Positions 38,316 through 45,998 of a stretch of 64,000 bases of DNA are shown here, piece by piece (within the stretch, counting starts at the first letter, position 1; each line of letters begins with the position of its first letter). Origin of the DNA: Candidatus Obscuribacteraceae bacterium (GTDB lineage: Bacteria; Cyanobacteriota; Vampirovibrionia; Obscuribacterales; Obscuribacteraceae); the NCBI GenBank assembly GCA_044226015.1, contig JBGAHS010000010.1, forward strand, positions 224,001 to 288,000, read 5' to 3'. The position numbers and the translations under genes are program-made. Below the pieces are notes generated by a model. That model was not told where the DNA came from. It did not search any database and saw nothing but the letters and a program-made list of their open reading frames with translations.

Positions 38316-39653
38316 TTAGTTTGGCTCGGTAAAGATATCGGATACTATCTCTGTGAATTTATTTTGTCCAGTGTGCTTGATGGAACCGAGAGCGATCGCG
38401 AGGGCTAGACCCAGCCATTTTATTGATTGCGGGTAGCGTTCTGCGAGTGTTCCATTTGGCACGTAATCAGCAAACAAATTTACAGTGAGGAAGGGACAAC
38501 AAAATAAAGAGCAGTGTAAATATTCCTTCCAATTTGCAGGAAGCAAATTTTTGCTCTTAAGCAGTCCAATCGTCGGTTGCAATAAGTGTGCTTTCTTTGC
38601 AGAAAGGTGTTGCAGCCTCAGAGAACTAGGGCAGAAATCGTGCTCTATGGTTATACGCTTGTTTTCGATCTCTGCGTTGAGAGTGATTTCACCAGCTACC
38701 TGCTCGGGGAAGTACATCCATCTAGCAAATATGTTGTGAAACAGTGGCTTCGTTAAGTCAAGGAGTGCATTGTGTCGACCGGCGAAGGCTGGGTCAAACA
38801 TCTTCAACTCGTGGTTTTGTCCGACCAGGAATATATTGCCATTATGAGCATCTCCGTGTCCCACAACAGTGGCAGTCATCTCTTCTGGCGCATTTTCGGG
38901 AGTGAGAAGCTGGACGCTGCGTTCGATTATTTTTGCAAGAGTATCTTCGTAGCTCACTCCATTGATTGTCCAGGTGCAGTCAGCAAGCTGTTCAAAGTTA
39001 ATGCTTCTTTCTTTGAGCGTGATGGCTTTGCTTTTGTAAAACAGCCCCAGTCGCCCATCTGCTCGGAGGCGATGTGCGAAGAGCTGGTTTATCGGAGCGC
39101 TGGACTGTTTAGATTGCGCTGTAAGTTCGAGCGATTTCTCGTAAATTGAAAATACCTGTTTCTCAAGTTCAATTTGTCCATCGAGATATGTTTCTGTCTT
39201 ATTGCTCTTGTTATTTTCTGAACTCGGATGAGAATTGGAATTAGAGCCAGCGCCCGATTCGTTGCCCTGTGAATTCTTGAGGATGATGTCCTCTGACTCT
39301 TTCAGCTTGTCGAAGAGCGTAGGGTAGGTCAGAATTTCATAAAGCGCAATTTGTTTTCCGGGTCTATGTTGAATTTGTTTAGCCGAAACTACTGGATATC
39401 CCGCTTCTGCCAGTGATTTTGCATTGTAGTACTCCGAGACTTGCTCGTTTTCTTCAACGTGAGTCTTGAAGAATACTCTTTCATTATTTGAGTATGTTAT
39501 AAATCCATTTATGGAGTTGAGGGACTCCGGTCTTGGAGTCAACTCGACCTTCGTTATTTCGGTGTCTTCGTTTTCTTGTAAAAACCTGAGTAGTTCCAGT
39601 TCCGCTCGCTGTTTCTCACTAAACTGCAATTTCTGAATCTCTAGAAGTTGCAT
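38316..39653 (-). CDS. APH/choline-kinase-fold phosphotransferase-like protein of unknown function
   Basis: FFKTH, HGDAHNGNIF (Brenner-like motif), FDPAFAG. Confidence 0.7.
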   Translation of the reverse strand: MQLLEIQKLQFSEKQRAELELLRFLQENEDTEITKVELTPRPESLNSINGFITYSNNERVFFKTHVEENEQVSEYYNAKSLAEAGYPVVSAKQIQHRPGKQIALYEILTYPTLFDKLKESEDIILKNSQGNESGAGSNSNSHPSSENNKSNKTETYLDGQIELEKQVFSIYEKSLELTAQSKQSSAPINQLFAHRLRADGRLGLFYKSKAITLKERSINFEQLADCTWTINGVSYEDTLAKIIERSVQLLTPENAPEEMTATVVGHGDAHNGNIFLVGQNHELKMFDPAFAGRHNALLDLTKPLFHNIFARWMYFPEQVAGEITLNAEIENKRITIEHDFCPSSLRLQHLSAKKAHLLQPTIGLLKSKNLLPANWKEYLHCSLFCCPFLTVNLFADYVPNGTLAERYPQSIKWLGLALAIALGSIKHTGQNKFTEIVSDIFTEPN

Positions 39654-39688
39654 TGTTCCCTCAATGATGGTTGATAGATTTGCGGAGC

Positions 39689-41017
39689 CTAGACGCCTGT
39701 TTTGTCGAAGCGAATGTCAACGCTGCGCTTGTGTGCATCAAGACCTTCTACGGTAGCGATTGTCTGCACAATCGGGCGCAGGCGCTCAAGTCCTTTCTTC
39801 GTCAATGTCGAGTACTGAACTCGCTTCATGAAAGTCCAGACTCCGACTGCTGATGTTTGCCTTGCCCAGCCGCTGCTGGGAAGTACGTGGTTAATGCCGG
39901 TGGCATAATCACCGGTCGCGACCGGATTGTAGTAGCCTAAAAACGCCGAGCCGGCATTCTCTATTTTTTCTAGCGTAGCTTCCGGTTTTTCCGTGAGTAT
40001 TTCAAGATGTTCAGGCGCATACTCGTTTGTGAAATCGATGGACTTGTCTACAGATTTTGTGACTACGATTGCGCTGTAGTTTGCCAGGGCAGTCTCAATA
40101 TACTTCTGACGGCTAAGTTGCTGATACTGCTTCTCTACTTCAGCTTGTGTCAGCTTTGCCAACTCCATTGATTCCGTAACTAGAACACCGGCAGAGTCTG
40201 GTCCGTGTTCGGCTCTAGCGAGAATGTCGGCTGCGCAATATTTTGCCTTAGTAGCAAGGTCAAGCTCGCTTGTGGTGCTGCCATCGGCCAAAATGATAGC
40301 TTCACTAGGACCCGCTGGCATATCGATGCCTACCTTGCTCTGACAAAGAATCTTGGCGGCGGTGACGTATGGGCTGCCTGGTCCAGCAATGATCTGCACC
40401 GGTGCTATCGTCTTCGTGCCGTAGGCCATAGCTGCAATTGCTTGCGCTCCACCTACCCGATAGATTTCACTGACACCACACTCATTTGCTGCGATGAGAA
40501 CCTCGTACCCTTTGCCCCTTGGTGAAATGCAAGAGACTATGCGTTTGCACCCGGCTGTTTTGGCTGCGATTGCCAGAATTTGTTGCACTGTAGGAAACGG
40601 GTTTTTTCCGCCTGGTACATAGAGTCCGGCAGATTCTATCGCTGTCCACTTCTCACCAACTGTAATACCATCTTCCAGTTGCTTTTCCCAGTTTGGAACT
40701 TGCTCTTTTTGGAGTTCATGAAAGCGCCGAGCTAACGAAATTTGTTCCTTGATTTTTTCGATTATTTGTTTGTCTGTGTTCGCGTAAGCCTCATCGATGT
40801 CTGCTTTACTAACAACCAACTTTGACTGTTCATATTCAGTGTCGTCCCATTCTCTGGTGAAGCGAACCAGTGCTTCGTCACCGTGCACACGCACTTCTTG
40901 TATGATCTCCTCGACTTTTGGTTTTACATTATCTATGTCCTGGTTTGCGCGCTGCATCACCTTTTCCATTTCAGCTGCAGAGCTTTTATCCAGTTCGTAT
41001 ATTTTGATCATGTTCAT
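39689..41017 (-). CDS. hisD: Histidinol dehydrogenase, divergent
   Basis: YVPGG, GGAQAIAAMAYGT, IDMPAGPSE, APEHL, GDYATGINHVLP, EGLDAH. Confidence 0.88.
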   Translation of the reverse strand: MNMIKIYELDKSSAAEMEKVMQRANQDIDNVKPKVEEIIQEVRVHGDEALVRFTREWDDTEYEQSKLVVSKADIDEAYANTDKQIIEKIKEQISLARRFHELQKEQVPNWEKQLEDGITVGEKWTAIESAGLYVPGGKNPFPTVQQILAIAAKTAGCKRIVSCISPRGKGYEVLIAANECGVSEIYRVGGAQAIAAMAYGTKTIAPVQIIAGPGSPYVTAAKILCQSKVGIDMPAGPSEAIILADGSTTSELDLATKAKYCAADILARAEHGPDSAGVLVTESMELAKLTQAEVEKQYQQLSRQKYIETALANYSAIVVTKSVDKSIDFTNEYAPEHLEILTEKPEATLEKIENAGSAFLGYYNPVATGDYATGINHVLPSSGWARQTSAVGVWTFMKRVQYSTLTKKGLERLRPIVQTIATVEGLDAHKRSVDIRFDKTGV

Positions 41018-41022
41018 AACCT

Positions 41023-42258
41023 CTAGTTCTTAAGGGCGAATTTTTCAAGTCGATTGCAAGCTTCCATGAGTTCGTCCTCTGCTGCTCCGAAAGAAAGTCG
41101 AATATGTTGTTCTCCGGTGGGACCAAAGGCAGCACCTGGCACTGTGATTACCTTGCCTTCCTTGAGTAATCTGACTGCATAGTCTATCGATGCTGCTCCA
41201 GAATTTATTTTCGGAAAAACGTAGTAACCACCCTGTGGTTGGTTGTAACTAAAAATATTGCTCAATCTGTCGAGCCTTTCGCAAACAAGGTCGCGTCGCT
41301 GCTTGAGCGCATCGCAGAGTTTCTGGATGCTCTTATCACCTTCGCCGTCTTTACCATTTGTAGCTTTCAGTGCGGCAAGAGCTGCAAACTGTGAAATTGT
41401 AGGAGCGCAAATGGCAAATGTGTCGTGAACCTTCAATACTTGTTGGAGAATGCGTTTGCTTGTATACATGAAGCCTACTCGCCAGCCTGTCATGCAATAG
41501 CGCTTTGAAAAACTGCAAGCTGCAATAATGTTTTCCTTGAGTTCCGGCATTGACATCAAGCTGAAGTATTCTGTCTCATCATAGATAAGGAAATCGTATG
41601 CTTCGTCGGTGACTATGAACAAGTTGTGTTCTAATGCTAGTTTTGCAATTGCCAGAAGATCCTCTTTTGCAAAAACTGTGCCTGTTGGATTGACAGGGTT
41701 GCATAAAACTATTGCTTTCGTTTTCTTGTTAATGGCTTTCTTGAAACCCTCAACATCTAGTTTCCAGCCGTCGTCTTCTCTCAATGGAACAAAGATGGGG
41801 GTGCCTTCAGCAAACAAAATCTGCTCAATATGTGACGCGTAGGTAGGCGTAGGAAGAATGACTTCATCACCTCTCTCTATGATGGTGCTGATGCCAGCTG
41901 CGAGAGCTTCCATACCACCACAAGAGATGAATATATTGTCGTCTGGGTCAACATCAACATTCTTTGTCCGTTTCAAGTCGGCTGCAATTGCCTGCTTCAG
42001 TTGCGGCATACCAGGTTGCATTGAGTATTTGCCTATCAGGCTGTCTTCCCGAGAAAGCTCTTCAATGACAGCCTGACGTATAAATTCTGGAGTGTTGAAT
42101 GATGGAATACCCTGCCCCAGCGTGACGCAACCACCAACTTGCGCTGCCAGAATGGGCATTTGTTTTATCGCGGAAACAGTTATTTGAGCCACTCGCTTAG
42201 CTATGCCAGCGTGATTCTCTTCCTGTCCTATGCCTTCGAAAACTGAACGACTCTGCAT
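41023..42258 (-). CDS. PLP-dependent class I aminotransferase, aspartate/aromatic type rather than HisC type
   Basis: GQGIP, CNPVNPTG, TDEAY, SFSKRYCMTGWRVG, HIRLSF; ATG 42258 overlaps the upstream TAA. Confidence 0.9.
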   Translation of the reverse strand: MQSRSVFEGIGQEENHAGIAKRVAQITVSAIKQMPILAAQVGGCVTLGQGIPSFNTPEFIRQAVIEELSREDSLIGKYSMQPGMPQLKQAIAADLKRTKNVDVDPDDNIFISCGGMEALAAGISTIIERGDEVILPTPTYASHIEQILFAEGTPIFVPLREDDGWKLDVEGFKKAINKKTKAIVLCNPVNPTGTVFAKEDLLAIAKLALEHNLFIVTDEAYDFLIYDETEYFSLMSMPELKENIIAACSFSKRYCMTGWRVGFMYTSKRILQQVLKVHDTFAICAPTISQFAALAALKATNGKDGEGDKSIQKLCDALKQRRDLVCERLDRLSNIFSYNQPQGGYYVFPKINSGAASIDYAVRLLKEGKVITVPGAAFGPTGEQHIRLSFGAAEDELMEACNRLEKFALKN

Positions 42259-43493
42259 TAGCGACGTCTGCCTCCCAGTTCTGCTTCGATTTCCTTCCAT
42301 TCGATGCCTTCATCTACCGCCAAAACTGACATCATAAAAATAAGGTCTGCGATTTCCCAGCGGAGGTTGTCTTGTGATGTGTAGTTTAAGACCTCTTCTG
42401 ACTCCTCAGCAATTTTTGCAAGTAATTCCTTTCGGTCTGCAAACAGTTTGGCAGAATAAGAGTTCGGCAATGCATGCTTCTTGCGATTCTGTAGTGTTTC
42501 ATAAAGTTCGTGCAAGGTGAAATTTCGGTTCGCGCCAGCTCTGCCGAAGCAGCTATAGGTACCGTTATGGCAGGCGGCATCGGTTTGCTCAACTGTGAAC
42601 AAGATTGAATCTCTGTCACAATCAACACGGCATGATATGAGCTTTTGCGTGGAACCTGAAGTCAAACCTTTCTCCCAGATTTCCTTTCTTGAGCGGCTGT
42701 AGTAGATGCCTTTGCCCTCTGTTAAGGCTCGTTTGAGTGACTCAGCGTTGCTATAGGCAAGCATCAATACCTGTCCGGCTTTATCTTGGACAATCGTGGG
42801 GCAGAGACCGTCGCCTGCAAATTTGATAGCGCCGATTACTGACTCTGCCAGGTCGATTTTTCCGGTGTAAAGAGCCATTCCCACCTGAACATCAATGCCT
42901 AGCTTTGAAATCTCAACTATCTCTTCTGTTTTAGCGATGCCACCGGCTACGGTGAGTGGTGCCTTAATCTTTTCAATCAGTTCTTTAACTGCATCGATGT
43001 TCATTCCTCCCATGCCACCTTCGTCTTCTATGAAGGTGCTGAGAAAGCCAGAACAAAATGGAGCTAGTCTTTCGGCTCTTTCTATGAGTGTTTCACCGGT
43101 TGGGTTGACCCATCCTTTATCATAGACTTCGCCTTTCTTCTGGTCTAGAGCAACCATAACTGAAGTCCGTGGAAGTTTGCTGAGAAATTCGGGCGTGGCT
43201 GCAGTTCCGATGATAACTTGCCTGGCCCCAGCTCTCAGAATCGCTCTTGCTGTTTCGTGGGTTCTTATGCCACCTCCAACACGCGCATCAGCAACCCGGC
43301 AGATTCTTTTGATAAGCTCGAGGTTGCTTCCCTTGCCTAACGCTGCATCCAGGTCAATAACAGCAATTTCGCCATATCTACTGAATTCTGCCGCTAATTC
43401 TACGGGGTCTCGCTCGCTCTGCAAGACGAATTCCTTGCCTTGCTTTAACTGAACTGCTCGTCCATTTTGGATGTCTATACTTGGTATCAGCAT
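42258..43493 (-). CDS. hisA-hisIE: Trifunctional HisA-HisI-HisE fusion
   Basis: IPSIDI..G.AVQL.QG and VGGGIR (HisA); YYSRSR..IWEKG.TSG, DCDRD, ACH.G..SCF (HisI); SYSAKL, KIAEESEE, WEIADL (HisE). Confidence 0.9.
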   Translation of the reverse strand: MLIPSIDIQNGRAVQLKQGKEFVLQSERDPVELAAEFSRYGEIAVIDLDAALGKGSNLELIKRICRVADARVGGGIRTHETARAILRAGARQVIIGTAATPEFLSKLPRTSVMVALDQKKGEVYDKGWVNPTGETLIERAERLAPFCSGFLSTFIEDEGGMGGMNIDAVKELIEKIKAPLTVAGGIAKTEEIVEISKLGIDVQVGMALYTGKIDLAESVIGAIKFAGDGLCPTIVQDKAGQVLMLAYSNAESLKRALTEGKGIYYSRSRKEIWEKGLTSGSTQKLISCRVDCDRDSILFTVEQTDAACHNGTYSCFGRAGANRNFTLHELYETLQNRKKHALPNSYSAKLFADRKELLAKIAEESEEVLNYTSQDNLRWEIADLIFMMSVLAVDEGIEWKEIEAELGGRRR

Positions 43494-44371
43494 ATTCTCA
43501 CCGGTATGTGTCTGGCTTTAATTTGTTCCTTCAATTTGTTTGGAGTCCAGCGACCATCATGAAAGATTGTCGCTGCTAAAGCTGCATCAGCAAATGCATC
43601 TTCGAAAACTTCGATGAAACTATCTGGACCCTGGGCGCCACCAGATGCAATGACAGGCACTGATAATTCAGACGCAAATTTTCGCACCATTTCAATATCA
43701 AAGCCCTTCTCTGTACCATCTCTGTCCCACGAGGTCAAAAGTATCTCGCCCGCTCCGCGCTTGACGCATTCCTGCGCCCATACAAAAGCATCTTTGTTTG
43801 TGTTAAGTCTGCCACCTTGAATGAGCACATCCCAGACAATTTCTTGAAAGGAATCTGCTTCTGTCTGGCTTGCGTCAGTCGTTGAGGTTATTTCGCCAAG
43901 CTTGCTCGATGGAGTCTTCGCATCTTCATTAGCCTCGCACCTGGCTTGCTTGCTTGCTCGTTTGCGCGCGTCTATTGCAAGCACGCAACATTGTGAACCG
44001 CAAGCTTCTGCTATTTCTGTGACGAGTTCTGGACGCTTTACTGCTGACGAATTAACCGAAACCTTGTCGGCACCACAGTTGAGAAGTGTCTTCACGTCGG
44101 AGAGCTGAGAGATGCCACCGCCTACGGTGAAGGGAATTGAAAGTTTGTGAGCCACCTTCTCCACAAGAGTGTATATTGTCTTTCGCTCTTCGTGAGAGGC
44201 TGTGATGTCCAGAAACATCAATTCATCTGCTCCATCTTCTTCATATCGTTGAGCAAGTTCGACAGGGTCACCCATATCACGCAAGTTCGTGAAGTTGACC
44301 CCTTTGACTGTGCGTCCATTGGCTACGTCGAGGCAAGGAATGATTCTTCGGCATAGATTATTTAGCGACAT
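43487..44371 (-). CDS. hisF: Imidazole glycerol phosphate synthase cyclase subunit
   Basis: RIIPCLDV, VKGVNF, FLDITAS, GADKVSVNS, GAGEILLTS.DRDGT, PVIASGG. Confidence 0.96.
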   Translation of the reverse strand: MSLNNLCRRIIPCLDVANGRTVKGVNFTNLRDMGDPVELAQRYEEDGADELMFLDITASHEERKTIYTLVEKVAHKLSIPFTVGGGISQLSDVKTLLNCGADKVSVNSSAVKRPELVTEIAEACGSQCCVLAIDARKRASKQARCEANEDAKTPSSKLGEITSTTDASQTEADSFQEIVWDVLIQGGRLNTNKDAFVWAQECVKRGAGEILLTSWDRDGTEKGFDIEMVRKFASELSVPVIASGGAQGPDSFIEVFEDAFADAALAATIFHDGRWTPNKLKEQIKARHIPVRIC

Positions 44372-44972
44372 TTTGCACCCACGTTCTTAAGAGTGTTTTG
44401 CCAAAACTGCTGCTTTTTTCTGGGTGAAACTGAAATGCCGTTATGTTGCCTGTCTTCACTGCTGCGCAGAACTCTACATGATAGTTAGAGCTATACAGAA
44501 TGGAATCAGCGTCTCTGGGTGCTGGGTAGTATGAATTTACAAAGTATACAAAGCCTGATTCGGGAAAGCCTTCATTGCCATTTTTTCGTTCTATCTGGTT
44601 CCAGCCAATTTGAGGCACTTTGCCTTCCTGGAATTTACGCACCGTGCCTGGTATCAGCCCGAGACCTGGCACTCCTTCGGCTTCTTCACTTGAGTCAAAG
44701 AGTATTTGCATTCCCACACAAATGCCCAGGTAGGGAGTACCTGCTTTTACGAGGTCTCTCACTCTGGCATCAAATGAGCTTGCTTTGAGATGCTGCATCA
44801 CAGGTCCAAACGCCCCTACTCCAGGCAGCAAGACCGGCTTGTCACCGCGTGGTGGATTTTCGAGGTCAGCCATGCTGAAATCCAGTTCCAGCATTTCAAG
44901 GCAGCGGCGAACACTGCCAATGTTTCCTCCACCCACGTCAACTAAATCGACTTTTGCCACCATCTTTCGCAC
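44358..44972 (-). CDS. hisH: Imidazole glycerol phosphate synthase glutaminase subunit
   Basis: GNIGSV, LPGVGAF, GICVGMQ, PQIGWN, QFHPEKS. Confidence 0.95.
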   Translation of the reverse strand: MRKMVAKVDLVDVGGGNIGSVRRCLEMLELDFSMADLENPPRGDKPVLLPGVGAFGPVMQHLKASSFDARVRDLVKAGTPYLGICVGMQILFDSSEEAEGVPGLGLIPGTVRKFQEGKVPQIGWNQIERKNGNEGFPESGFVYFVNSYYPAPRDADSILYSSNYHVEFCAAVKTGNITAFQFHPEKSSSFGKTLLRTWVQNVAK

Positions 44973-44977
44973 CCAAC

Positions 44978-45862
44978 TCAGGTCACAATTTTCTCAAGCT
45001 TGTATTCCAAAATATCAGTGGCGCCTAGCTTGACTAATTTGGGAATGAGGTCTGGAACCTCTTTTGTGCTCACTGCAACTTTTACTGCATAGCCGTCACT
45101 GTTGTGTAGTTTGGAAACTGTGGGTGCTTTCATGCATGGCAGGTCGCCAACGATTTTGTCGAAGACATTTGCCGGCACATTCATTTCCAGAAGTACTTTT
45201 TGTCGTGCTTGCAAAGTACTCTTCATTAGCATGGTCATTTCTTCAAGCTTTTCGCGCTTTTCGGGATTGTCCAGAGCGGCTTTATTACAGATGAATCGCG
45301 TTGAAGAGCGCATCAACTCTGCCACTATTTCAAGTCGATTTTGACGCAGGGTTGCACCGCTTGATGTGTTGTCAATGATAATGTCAGCATCCTCTGGCGG
45401 CAGAGCCTCTGTGGCACCATAGGCGTGAACAAAGACTGCATCAAGGTTTTGACTCTTGATGTAGTCATTTGAAATTCGTTGATATTCGGAAGCTACAATG
45501 ATTTTTCTGCCGTTGAAGGCTTCCTTTCCTGCGCTAACGAGTTCTTCCGGCATCGCGGCAACGATACGTACAGGGTCAAAACCAAGGTCTAGCAATTCGA
45601 CAACGTCTGCATTTTGTTCGTAAATCCAATCGCGACCAGCGAAGCCGCAATCATGCCGCCCGAGAGCAACCAATCCGGGAATGTTCTTCGCTCGAAGCAT
45701 TTTTGTGACTATGAAAGAGTCGTTGCAAACGGGTCTGTAAGACCTGCCCGTCTGAGAAAAGCCGATTCCAATCTGTTCGAGCAGGTGCAGAACCTTTTCC
45801 TGAATTCGACCATTTGGAAGAGTTAGTTTGAGCTTGTCATCGTAATGCTTTTCTGTTGTCAT
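44978..45862 (-). CDS. hisG: ATP phosphoribosyltransferase, long form
   Basis: LPNGR, GFAGRD, GATEALP, ADIIIDNTSSGATLRQN, C-terminal regulatory domain APTVSKL...GATDIL. Confidence 0.95.
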   Translation of the reverse strand: MTTEKHYDDKLKLTLPNGRIQEKVLHLLEQIGIGFSQTGRSYRPVCNDSFIVTKMLRAKNIPGLVALGRHDCGFAGRDWIYEQNADVVELLDLGFDPVRIVAAMPEELVSAGKEAFNGRKIIVASEYQRISNDYIKSQNLDAVFVHAYGATEALPPEDADIIIDNTSSGATLRQNRLEIVAELMRSSTRFICNKAALDNPEKREKLEEMTMLMKSTLQARQKVLLEMNVPANVFDKIVGDLPCMKAPTVSKLHNSDGYAVKVAVSTKEVPDLIPKLVKLGATDILEYKLEKIVT

Positions 45863-45998
45863 GTGTTGTCTCGTTTTGCCTGTTTTGCGGGCATTGCTGT
45901 ACGAGTTGCTAGTCTACTCGGTGTAAGCTGCCAAGAAGGGCAAGTCTAAACCTCGCTGTCCATTGTTGTAATGTACTGATGCCGTTTAGTTTCACCTG

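Noticed and set aside
45863..45998. His-codon attenuator leader upstream of hisG
   Set aside because: No run of His codons or terminator/antiterminator seen.
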